From a virus (taxonomy: Duplodnaviria; Caudoviricetes): a stretch of 56,019 bases of DNA. Made by a program: the position numbers and the translations under genes. Shown piece by piece: positions 45,621 to 54,282 of the stretch (position 1 is the first letter of the stretch; every line of letters starts with the position of its first letter). The stretch lies in IMG/VR virus record IMGVR_UViG_3300036402_000107, positions 1 to 56,019 of that record; one strand, 5' to 3'. The notes below the pieces were generated by a model that saw only the letters and a list, made by a program, of their open reading frames with translations, was not told where the DNA came from and searched no databases.

Positions 45621-47336
45621 ATGACGAGACAAGAAATCATTGACCGCATCAACCTAGGTGAAACCGTCAGCATCTTCACCGGGGACACAACGATGCTCCT
45701 GCATAGCGTGGCGGAGGTGCCGACGCAGGCGGTGCTTGACTCCTACTCTTACCTGAAGGCGGGGGGACGCGTGGAGTTGCTGCCCGGGGTCACGGGCAGG
45801 GGGACTCGCAGCAACCCCTACAAGGGCTGGCACACCTATCTTGCTGCGTCGACGGGGGGAGAAGTCTGGTCGTTCAGTGCCGCTTGGTACTACACCCCCG
45901 TAGAAATCCGCATCAGCAGCAGCCAAGTCAAGCTTATCGGGGTGGCCGTGGGTGCAACCTTCTTGGTGGGCGGGGATGCTAGGCCGTTCAAAGCCATCAT
46001 CCGCGTCGCCCGGCAAGACGCAGGCGAGATGACCCACGTCGAGGTCAAGGGCATCACATTCGACGGTGACGGCGTGACCGACTACGGCCTGATCCTGAGG
46101 AACGTGAACTACTCCACGTTCGACGTGGACTTCCGCAACGCGAAGTCTTGGTGCATGCGGACGAGCCGGGGGATCTGCAACGGTGGCCGCATAAGGGCGA
46201 TTGCCAGCTTGATGGACAAGCTCGTGACGCCGAACGGGCTGTACTTGGGCGAAGCACCGTTCACGATCCCCTACATCGACACCCCGGGCAGGGCGGTCGG
46301 GACTTATCCCGGAGAGGACAATTCGCCCGCTTCGTCCGACTACTACACGACCTGCAGCACGTGGGACACCATCGAGATCCAGTCGCTGCCGGGGACGGGT
46401 CTGGAGATCAACCAATCGTTCTCCGTTCTGTTCGACGCGGGGGCGGTCGAGGGGTGCAGCATCAACCTCAAGCTGCACGACAACACCTACTTCTGCATCT
46501 TCAACGGCATTAACTTCGAGCAGGCGACGTCGTCGCCCGGGATGATCGTCAGCGGCAACTCACACCACTTCAACCGGTGCGAGTGCGTCAACACGGACGT
46601 CCTGTTCGACGCGGGGAGCATGGGCGGGCACCAGTTCGACTTCTGTCGGGTGCGGGACGTCGTCGACAACGGCTCGCTGACCGCCGCGAATTATTGGCGG
46701 TGGGCGAACCCGTCGGCGATGCTCCCCGTGACGGGCACAAACCGCGACAACAACGTCCTAATCGACGGAGCGGGGCATCGGCGAAGGTACGGGACGAACG
46801 TCTACGTGGCCGAGAGCCAAGGAGGCGGGACGGTAGGTTTCACGATGCTGGTCGGCGGCGTCGCCGAAGGCGGCATGCATGCGACGACGTCCGGGTGGCT
46901 GTACCTGTCGAATCACGGGACGCTGTTCAACTATGACGACGCCTCGCTCAAAGCCAAGGCTGCGATCGCCGTCAAGGGCACGGACGTCAAGATCAACAAG
47001 AAGCTGATCGGGCACACGGGAGAACTTTCGTTCGTCGGCCTGCTGGGCGACGGCGTCACGGAGATCGCCGGTCGTCTGAACGTGATCCCCGACAACAACG
47101 ACGTATACCTGCAGAACGCCGTGGCGGGCGGGCGGGTGTACATCACCGCACCCGGGATCACCGACCTTGGGGGCGTCATCATTAAGGCGACTTACTTTCG
47201 TACGACCGGGAAACTCGGCGTCGGCGGGATCACGGCGGCGACTGGCCCGGTAGGGGCGATCGTCGGCAAGATGGAAGTCACGGACGGAGAGGGCGTCGCC
47301 AAAGGCTTCATCCCGATCTACAACGCCATCACGTAA
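45621..47336 (+). CDS. Tail spike/fibre with parallel beta-helix-like region
   Basis: Beta-rich repeats ('VEVKGITFDGDG', 'GLILRNV'); Gly-rich C-terminus. Confidence 0.55.
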   Translation: MTRQEIIDRINLGETVSIFTGDTTMLLHSVAEVPTQAVLDSYSYLKAGGRVELLPGVTGRGTRSNPYKGWHTYLAASTGGEVWSFSAAWYYTPVEIRISSSQVKLIGVAVGATFLVGGDARPFKAIIRVARQDAGEMTHVEVKGITFDGDGVTDYGLILRNVNYSTFDVDFRNAKSWCMRTSRGICNGGRIRAIASLMDKLVTPNGLYLGEAPFTIPYIDTPGRAVGTYPGEDNSPASSDYYTTCSTWDTIEIQSLPGTGLEINQSFSVLFDAGAVEGCSINLKLHDNTYFCIFNGINFEQATSSPGMIVSGNSHHFNRCECVNTDVLFDAGSMGGHQFDFCRVRDVVDNGSLTAANYWRWANPSAMLPVTGTNRDNNVLIDGAGHRRRYGTNVYVAESQGGGTVGFTMLVGGVAEGGMHATTSGWLYLSNHGTLFNYDDASLKAKAAIAVKGTDVKINKKLIGHTGELSFVGLLGDGVTEIAGRLNVIPDNNDVYLQNAVAGGRVYITAPGITDLGGVIIKATYFRTTGKLGVGGITAATGPVGAIVGKMEVTDGEGVAKGFIPIYNAIT

Positions 47337-47420
47337 AACCGGTCGCCGATGGAACTTCCAGCTGACCCACGGCGTAGAAACCGCATAAGTCGAACCTTTA
47401 CCCAACGAAAGGAGGTAGAG

Positions 47421-47606
47421 ATGGCAAACCAAACCCCGAGCAACCCGGTCGCCCGCGAGCTTGTGAAGTCGCAGCCGAGCGGGAACGCCCAAGCGGCAGC
47501 GGCACTGATCGCCGCCACGCGACGGAACGGCCCGTTCGTCAACGTGCCCGTCCGCCCCGAACCGCTGAGTGCGGCGGCAGCAGCCCGACGCAAGGCCGGT
47601 GCCTGA
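47421..47606 (+). CDS. Small Ala-rich protein
   Basis: Strong SD AAGGAGGT before ATG 47421; hairpin follows at about 47634-47663. Confidence 0.6.
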   Translation: MANQTPSNPVARELVKSQPSGNAQAAAALIAATRRNGPFVNVPVRPEPLSAAAAARRKAGA

Positions 47607-47879
47607 CCCGGCGACCCACTAAAGAGATCCACGGACGGGAGGGTCGAACCAGATCCTCCCGTCTTCGTAGAGGTGAACGATGAGCGACCCCACAGTCCCT
47701 CTCTTCGAACTGGACGTCAACCAACCGTGGAGCACCCCGGTCTTAGTGCGGGATCAGTACACGCATCCCGAGCGACTGGAGGAGCGGTTCGTCGCCGCCC
47801 GGGAAGCGTCGCTCAGCACACAGCAGAACCGGCGAGCGTACCTCGACGCAATCCGCCTGCACAGAGAGAGGAGTGAGCA

Positions 47880-48410
47880 ATGGGCAAGGCACTACCGACG
47901 AATGCTCTCGCTCTAGCCCGCGAGATCAAGGCCGTCATCGCCACCGAGAACCTGCACGTTCTCTGCCTCGAGAACAGCGGCGAGATCGTCCCGCTCGAAC
48001 GGCTGGTGGACGACCGGGACAAGCACCTGCAGCACCTCTCGTTCTGCTGGCACCCCGACGCCGAGATGGGCATCGCCAAGGTCGTCAAGTCGCACCTCGT
48101 CGAAGCGGAGTGCTCCAGCCTACAGGACGTCTCCTCCGACGCCCTCATGCTCGAACTCAAGCGGCGTTCCGACCTGTTCTTCTGCGTGATGACCCCGGCG
48201 ATCACCGACGACTGGGAGTGGCGACGTTCCTACAAGGGCGGTCACGCTTGGCCGCTGCTCGGCTTCGTGAAGCTGCACCTCGACGCCATGTCGCAGAAGT
48301 GGGCCAAGGAGGGGGAGATGACCCCCCGGGACGACGACGTCACCGACCACATGGACGACCAGAGCCCCGAGGAAGGTGCCGGAGAGGGGTCTCCGGGCGA
48401 CCGACCATAG
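47880..48410 (+). CDS. Hypothetical protein
   Basis: GAGGAG SD; typical codons. Confidence 0.55.
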   Translation: MGKALPTNALALAREIKAVIATENLHVLCLENSGEIVPLERLVDDRDKHLQHLSFCWHPDAEMGIAKVVKSHLVEAECSSLQDVSSDALMLELKRRSDLFFCVMTPAITDDWEWRRSYKGGHAWPLLGFVKLHLDAMSQKWAKEGEMTPRDDDVTDHMDDQSPEEGAGEGSPGDRP

Positions 48411-48416
48411 GGGGAT

Positions 48417-48456
48417 GGCTACCACGACCTTCCCGGAACCCTTCCCGCGTCTCGGA
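48417..48456. repeat. Dispersed repeat, copy 2
   Basis: Matches 18436-18466. Confidence 0.6.
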
Positions 48457-48475
48457 GACCCCAGAGCTTATAAAC

Positions 48476-48820
48476 GTGACCAACCCCACCCCAGAGAAGA
48501 AGCGAGGAGGACGACGCGTCGCCCGTAGCAAGCGGACGAAGCGGAAGGGCTTCACTCGCACGGCGAGTTTTGACGCAGCAAAGAGTCTGGCCAAGGTGCA
48601 ACGCGTGTTGAACCCGGCACAGATCGAGGTCTTGGTTTGGTACTACGTCGACGGCATGGACATGTCCGACATAGGGATGCTCCTAGGATGCGGCAAGAAG
48701 GCGGTCAACCACAGGCTCAACGTGATCGACCGCAAGCTGAGAAAGGCAAGGATTCGGCTCCCTAGGAGAGTTGAGCACCCGTACGCCACCGACAGCGTAT
48801 CGAACTACAACGTGATGTGA
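48476..48820 (+). CDS. sigma70 region-4-like HTH regulator
   Basis: 'LNPAQIEVLVWYYVDGMDMSDIGMLLGCGKKAVNHRL'. Start uncertain. Confidence 0.65.
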   Translation: MTNPTPEKKRGGRRVARSKRTKRKGFTRTASFDAAKSLAKVQRVLNPAQIEVLVWYYVDGMDMSDIGMLLGCGKKAVNHRLNVIDRKLRKARIRLPRRVEHPYATDSVSNYNVM

Positions 48821-48829
48821 GGTCGCACC

Positions 48830-49735
48830 ATGACGAGTCCCTACGATCCCAGCAACCCGCTCGGCTACGGCACCCCGGACTACCCGCCCCCGGGCTCCAG
48901 CCCCGAGCAGTACGCCCCCGACTACGGATTCGCGGAGCAGATGAGGGGGAGTCGTCGGCTCTCCGCCGACCTCGATCCCCAGCCCATCGGCCAGCTGCAG
49001 AGCACGACGATCATCGCCGCCATCACCGGCATCGCCGCCATGCTCGCGGGCTTCGGCGTGAAGTGGGGCGTGACCGACGAACAGAAGCGGCAGATCTCCG
49101 AGGGCATCCTCTCGCTGGTCGCGATCGGCTCGTTCGTGTGGGCGTGGGTCGGCCGAGTGCGAGCCACCAAGCAGGTTTCCGCCACCAAGCTCCTCACCGA
49201 CGCCAGCAAGAGGACGCTGCCCCTGCTCTTCGTGCTCTCCATGTGCACGGGCTGTCTGGGCAACCTCAAACAGTCGCCGATGATCCAGCTGTACGCCGCC
49301 AAGCAGGCTTACGCCGAGTCTCTGGATCAGTTCAAAGCTGCGGTGCAGTCCCGGATGATCACCGACCCGAAGGTGCTCAATGCATTCTTGAAGCTTAACC
49401 CCGAGATCCAGAGCACGCTGCTCGAGGCGACGATCAAGGCGAAGGCCGGTGACGGTCTGGGCTATCAGTTCCTCTGGGAGCAGCTGCAGGGCAAGCTGAC
49501 CCGCTTCCTCGAACTTCAGGCGTTGCCGAAGCAACAGCCGCAATCACTCCTTCAGGAACGTGACCTATGGATCCGGCCCTCATGGCTCTCATCGCTAAGG
49601 CAGCACTCTCTCTGTTTCACCTTACCGAGGCAGGACAGACGCTCGCCAACGGCGGCACTCTCAGCGAGACGCAACAACAACTCGTCGATCTTCATCTCCA
49701 GAACGCGAGCGACGGAACTACGGCTGCTGTCCTAG
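48830..49735 (+). CDS. Membrane protein (holin/spanin-like candidate)
   Basis: Two TM segments plus lipobox-like 'LLFVLSMCTGC'. Confidence 0.45.
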   Translation: MTSPYDPSNPLGYGTPDYPPPGSSPEQYAPDYGFAEQMRGSRRLSADLDPQPIGQLQSTTIIAAITGIAAMLAGFGVKWGVTDEQKRQISEGILSLVAIGSFVWAWVGRVRATKQVSATKLLTDASKRTLPLLFVLSMCTGCLGNLKQSPMIQLYAAKQAYAESLDQFKAAVQSRMITDPKVLNAFLKLNPEIQSTLLEATIKAKAGDGLGYQFLWEQLQGKLTRFLELQALPKQQPQSLLQERDLWIRPSWLSSLRQHSLCFTLPRQDRRSPTAALSARRNNNSSIFISRTRATELRLLS

Positions 49736-49805
49736 CGGAGCTGGAGCGGCAGCGGCAGGGCAACAGGCCGACTGCCTGAAACCGACTGCGGGTCTGGTCG
49801 CGGGA

Positions 49806-49848
49806 ACGGGCCGTCTCCTCAGTTGCCGAGTGAGACGGCCCGTGTTGT
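49806..49848 (+). terminator. Terminator-like hairpin
   Basis: ACGGGCCGTCTC / GAGACGGCCCGT followed by GTTGT. Confidence 0.55.
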
Positions 49849-49867
49849 ACCCTGAAAGGTGTAGAAG

Positions 49868-50464
49868 ATGCCGCCAGTCTCCCTGATGAACGACGACGAG
49901 AAGAAGGCGTACCTGATCCAGCTGCGGCGGGAAGCCGCTCACCGCTTCAAGATGCTCTGGATCAGCTCGCTCACCACCATCATCGTGACCATGCTCCTGT
50001 GCACCGTGCTGGTGGTCACGCACAACTCCGCACAGACGATCACCCTGACGGCAGTCGGCGGTCTGGCCCTCTCGAACCTCTGGCCCATGCTCAAGCGGGA
50101 GCAGAACGACCGGATCGCCGAGTACCACCGCTCGATCATCGAAGCCAAGGTGGACGTCGCCGCCACCAAGGCCCTCGAGGTCGCCGACAAGGTGAGCAGC
50201 ATCGAGGAGAAGACCAACGGCAACCTCACCAAGGCCGTGCACGAGGTCGGCAAAGAGATCATGAACGCCAAGAACTCACCGGCACCGGGGCAGGAGGCGA
50301 TGCCCAAGACCAAGGAGGAGCTGGAACAGGTCATGACCAGCTTCGCTAAGCGTTTCTGCGACGACGTGGTGCTGGCCAACCTCGAGGAGAAGATCAAGAT
50401 AGCGTTCGAGAGGGAGAAGCAGGAGAGGGAGATGAACGAACGCAACAAGGCCGAGAACATATAA
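49868..50464 (+). CDS. Two-TM membrane protein with coiled-coil (holin-like)
   Basis: Hydrophobic segments followed by 'IEEKTNGNL'. Confidence 0.5.
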   Translation: MPPVSLMNDDEKKAYLIQLRREAAHRFKMLWISSLTTIIVTMLLCTVLVVTHNSAQTITLTAVGGLALSNLWPMLKREQNDRIAEYHRSIIEAKVDVAATKALEVADKVSSIEEKTNGNLTKAVHEVGKEIMNAKNSPAPGQEAMPKTKEELEQVMTSFAKRFCDDVVLANLEEKIKIAFEREKQEREMNERNKAENI

Positions 50465-50478
50465 CCACGGAGACCGAC

Positions 50479-51669
50479 ATGCTCAAGACACGTTACAACG
50501 CGGTGTACGCGATGGCAGAGGAGGACGGCAAGGGCAGGAAGCTCCTGCAGGAGTGGTACGCCCGGGGTGCCCGCCTCTTCATCGGCTGGGCGTCCCGCCT
50601 GCAGACCAGCGGCAGAGACCCGGCGAAGGACAGGGCGGAGCAGCTGAAGTGGCGGCAGGCCGTCCGTGCTCTCGGCCCGGACGCCCGCTACGTCGACTAC
50701 CCCCTGCCCGACTGGCAGGTTCGCAACCTCGACCCGGTGACCGGAAAGGTCGTTAACACCGGAGTCCCCGCGATCCCCACGCAAGCCGACCTCGACCTCA
50801 TGCTCGACGACCCGCAGTGTCTCGGCTTCTTCGGCCCGGACGAGCCGAACCTCTCGCCGCCCACGGGCGGGAACGTCTGGCGGATCAGCCCGGCGACGTG
50901 GCACGCGTTCTGGGCACCGATCCTCGCCGCCGACCCGTTCGACGAGAAGGAGCGATTTGCCGACTTCGCGGGCCCGAAGCTCACGGGCGGGTGGCAGTAC
51001 GGCTACAAGGCCCTCGACGTCGTCCCCTACCTGACCATGCCGATGAACTACGCTGGCGGTCTGGGCGGACGGCGGATCGCCACCGTGAAGCTGTGCAACT
51101 GGCACCCCAAGAACGCCGAACCCGCCCGGTACGGCAACGACCTTCCCGCCAAGGCCGTCCGTGCTCTGGGCTGGGTCGGCGATCCGAGCGACGCCCGGGG
51201 CGTCATCCTCGAGTGTGCCGACGAGGATCTCAACAACGCGACGGGGCGTGGGCCGACCGACGCGGAGATTTGGGAGCAGAGCGAGACGGTGGACGCCGAG
51301 CGGGTCATCAAGGACGGCGGGGAGACGCAGCCCATCCTGATCAAGGCTTACTTCCCGCAGAAGCCCAAGCCCAACGCCTCGCACGAGTTCGACAACTGCG
51401 ACGATTCGCAGCACGCGATGGTCGAGCAGGTCTACCAGAAGTGGGCACCCACCGTCCTCACCCCCGAACCGTCCGAGCCGAGCAGCGACTACGAGGCCCT
51501 GCTACAGGACGTCGAAGACCTCAAGCACCTTGTCTCCCAGCAGCAGCTTCTCATCGCGTCCCAGCGTTCGACGCTCACCGTGCTGCAGGAGCAGGCGAAA
51601 GCCAACTACGGCGAGATCCAGCGTCTTGGCGATCCCTTCACTGCCAGCATAGCCAGAGTCCAGACCTGA
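50479..51669 (+). CDS. Hypothetical protein, possible glycoside hydrolase-like barrel with C-terminal coiled coil
   Basis: 'LGFFGPDEPN' resembles a GH-A acid/base motif; weak evidence. Confidence 0.35.
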   Translation: MLKTRYNAVYAMAEEDGKGRKLLQEWYARGARLFIGWASRLQTSGRDPAKDRAEQLKWRQAVRALGPDARYVDYPLPDWQVRNLDPVTGKVVNTGVPAIPTQADLDLMLDDPQCLGFFGPDEPNLSPPTGGNVWRISPATWHAFWAPILAADPFDEKERFADFAGPKLTGGWQYGYKALDVVPYLTMPMNYAGGLGGRRIATVKLCNWHPKNAEPARYGNDLPAKAVRALGWVGDPSDARGVILECADEDLNNATGRGPTDAEIWEQSETVDAERVIKDGGETQPILIKAYFPQKPKPNASHEFDNCDDSQHAMVEQVYQKWAPTVLTPEPSEPSSDYEALLQDVEDLKHLVSQQQLLIASQRSTLTVLQEQAKANYGEIQRLGDPFTASIARVQT

Positions 51670-51751
51670 GCGGGACAGAGATGGGGCGAGGGGGCTTTGC
51701 CTTCCTTGTAACCCACGGACGTATCCGGTCGTTTCACGTGCGAGTTGACGT

Positions 51752-52630
51752 ATGAGCAGAGCATCCATTCCGCCTTCACTTCCCGGGCTCGTCGCCAAAG
51801 AAGCCCTCCTGCTCTCGGCCAAGGGTCCACCCGTCCCCGAGACCCGGGGCGTCACCGTCCGCTTCATCGACGCCGCTGCCCGTGCGGCGTCGGTTCCGGC
51901 GATGCTCGGGCAGCTGGGGTTACAGTTGGACAACGGCACCCTGTGGCGATCGGTGGGGATGGACGCCGGAGACTGGGCGTCCGTCGCCGTCTCGACGGGT
52001 GCCTCGCCCTTCGTCGTGGGGCCGCTGTCCATCGACAACGGGACGATTCTGACCACGGGCGACATAGGCTTGCAGTTCGGCAGCTCTTCGACGCGGATCT
52101 TCAGCATCGGGATGGACGGTTCACTCACTGCGGGCAGGACTGCGATCATGAGGTTCGGGGACGGTGCGAATCAGCTGGAAACCTCCAACGGCGGGCCGAT
52201 GATCTTCAAGGGTCACAACGGCTTCGAGTGGTACACCTTCTTCGGCTATAACCTCGTCGCCAAGCTCGATTACAACAGCACGTTTACGGTCGGCAAGGTG
52301 CGGACGCTTACGGCGTCGAAGCCCTACGCCGCCACGATCACCCCCAACGCGGACGTGCACCAGAAGCTAAAGGTAGCCCCGCTCACCGGGGCCGTCACCT
52401 TTGACACGCCCACAGGAACCCTCTACGACGGCGACCGCCTCGAGCTGGTGTGGTCTCAGGACGCTGTCGGCGGGAGGGCGGTCGGTTTCAGCACGGGCTA
52501 TCTCTTTCCGCCCTCTGTCCCCGCTTCGCTCATCACCCTCACCGCGTCGAAGTTTTGTTACGCTACGTTCGAGTACAACGCCGATCTCGGCAAGATGGTC
52601 TGCATGCGGATCATCCCCGACGTCGGCTAA
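51752..52630 (+). CDS. Tail fibre-like structural protein
   Basis: C-terminal 'PTG...DGDRL.L...QDAVGGR.V.F..GY.F' resembles phage fibre domains. Confidence 0.5.
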   Translation: MSRASIPPSLPGLVAKEALLLSAKGPPVPETRGVTVRFIDAAARAASVPAMLGQLGLQLDNGTLWRSVGMDAGDWASVAVSTGASPFVVGPLSIDNGTILTTGDIGLQFGSSSTRIFSIGMDGSLTAGRTAIMRFGDGANQLETSNGGPMIFKGHNGFEWYTFFGYNLVAKLDYNSTFTVGKVRTLTASKPYAATITPNADVHQKLKVAPLTGAVTFDTPTGTLYDGDRLELVWSQDAVGGRAVGFSTGYLFPPSVPASLITLTASKFCYATFEYNADLGKMVCMRIIPDVG

Positions 52631-52647
52631 CACGCAGGAGTCCAACT

Positions 52648-53703
52648 ATGGCACAGCTCGCAGCCCCCACAAACTTCGTCGCCACCCAGCAGGGCTACCG
52701 CGTCGGCTTCACGTGGAGCGGCGGATTACCCCAGTACACCGCCGTCCTGCAGTTTCGGGAGACCGGGAAGGAGTGGGGCACCGGCGGGTTCGTCTACAAC
52801 GGTGCCGCCGACGTCTTCCCCTACCCCTTCTTCGCGATCAACCACAAGAGCTATGACTACCGCCTGCAGTTCGTCGACTCCTCGCTCACCAACGACCCGT
52901 CGAACTGGGTGGAGATCAGCTTCACCAGCAACTTCACGCAGGTCGCCCCGGACGCCGCCCGAGCACGCGTGAACGCGGACGGGTCGATCGAGGTGCCCTT
53001 CACCGGGCTGGCCCACGTCGGCGGCTTCGACAACCCGGGGTGGAGAGTCCGCGTCAACACCCGCTACGTCATGACGCCGGGCGGGACGCAGGTCGCCGAC
53101 GTCAACGGCGTGACCGTCTTTACCCTCGTCTTCTACGACTTCGAGATCCTGCCCACTGACAAGATCGACGTGCTGATCAGTAACCCGGGGGTGATCCTCA
53201 ACGCCGACAACAACCCGACCAGCCCGTTCACCCTGACGCAGATCGCGAACTACAGCGAGATCACGCCCAAAGGCGAGTTCCGCTACGCGACGTCAGACGA
53301 CTTCATCAGCGATTGGGGCTCGAAGTTCGCCGTCGAGTGGACGAACCTGAACCCCAGCAGCACCATCGTCGATCTCGTTCGCCTCAACTCCGCGATCTGG
53401 TGGGCACAGGACGAGGTCGATCGCCGCCTGTTCCACAGCGTCTACGCGGTGCCGCTCGAGGAGATGAGCGACGGCGACGCCCGGCTCATTCGCGACCTCA
53501 CCAACAAGCTCGCGTTGGTCTGGCTGTACGACCATCGGCCCGGCAAGGCCGTCGACAACGAGGGACGCCCGGTCAACGTGAGTACGCCGGTGCGGAAGGA
53601 AGTCGACCGGATCTTCCGGCAGATCACCAGCAACCAGACGTCTCTCTCCGCCAAACGCAGAGTGAACCGTCCCAGCGTCGTCGGCGTACAACTCCCGTTA
53701 TAG
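52648..53703 (+). CDS. Head-tail adaptor (Mu gp36/DUF1320-like) with N-terminal FN3/Ig-like domains
   Basis: C-terminal 'YATSDD...AI..AQDEVD..L...YAVPL...LA.VWLY'; N-terminal 'AAPTNFVAT....V.FTW'; AGGAG SD. Confidence 0.65.
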   Translation: MAQLAAPTNFVATQQGYRVGFTWSGGLPQYTAVLQFRETGKEWGTGGFVYNGAADVFPYPFFAINHKSYDYRLQFVDSSLTNDPSNWVEISFTSNFTQVAPDAARARVNADGSIEVPFTGLAHVGGFDNPGWRVRVNTRYVMTPGGTQVADVNGVTVFTLVFYDFEILPTDKIDVLISNPGVILNADNNPTSPFTLTQIANYSEITPKGEFRYATSDDFISDWGSKFAVEWTNLNPSSTIVDLVRLNSAIWWAQDEVDRRLFHSVYAVPLEEMSDGDARLIRDLTNKLALVWLYDHRPGKAVDNEGRPVNVSTPVRKEVDRIFRQITSNQTSLSAKRRVNRPSVVGVQLPL

Positions 53704-53715
53704 GAGACGCAACCG

Positions 53716-54282
53716 ATGGCTATGTCAACGCCCAACAAGTACAACCCCGAGATCCACCCCGTGGCGATCCGCTACATGGCCCGTGCTGGCCTCACCAACC
53801 AGCAGATGGCGGACGAGCTGGAGATCTCGCGGCGGACGCTGCAGAGCTGGCAGAACGAGTACGCCGCCGTGCATCAGGCTCTCACCGAGGGCAAGCAGCA
53901 CGTCGACAACCTCGTTGAAGAGAGCCTGCTCGCCCGTGCTCTCGGCATGGACTACGAGGAGGTCGTCACCAAGCAGGTCTTCCCCGCCGCAGACGTCGAG
54001 GAACCGGCGGGATCGACGCCCGACGTCCCGCCCGTGATCGAGCGGACGATCAGGAAGAAGAAGCTCGCCCCCGACGTCACCGCATGCATCTTCTGGCTGA
54101 AGAACAGACGGCCCGGTACGTGGCGGGACGTGCAGGATCACCGCTTCAGCGGCAAGGTGAAGGGCGAACGGGACAAGCAGAAGAAGCTGCTGCGTCCCAC
54201 GCTCCGCGACCCCAAGACCCTGCGTATCGCCAATGAGCTTGCTCGGGCCGTACAGAACGACCGCCATGCCTCGCATAACTAA
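53716..54282 (+). CDS. terS: Terminase small subunit
   Basis: 'GLTNQQMADELEISRRTLQSW', 'VEESLLARALG', 'PDVTACIFWLKNR.P..WRD'. Confidence 0.88.
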   Translation: MAMSTPNKYNPEIHPVAIRYMARAGLTNQQMADELEISRRTLQSWQNEYAAVHQALTEGKQHVDNLVEESLLARALGMDYEEVVTKQVFPAADVEEPAGSTPDVPPVIERTIRKKKLAPDVTACIFWLKNRRPGTWRDVQDHRFSGKVKGERDKQKKLLRPTLRDPKTLRIANELARAVQNDRHASHN

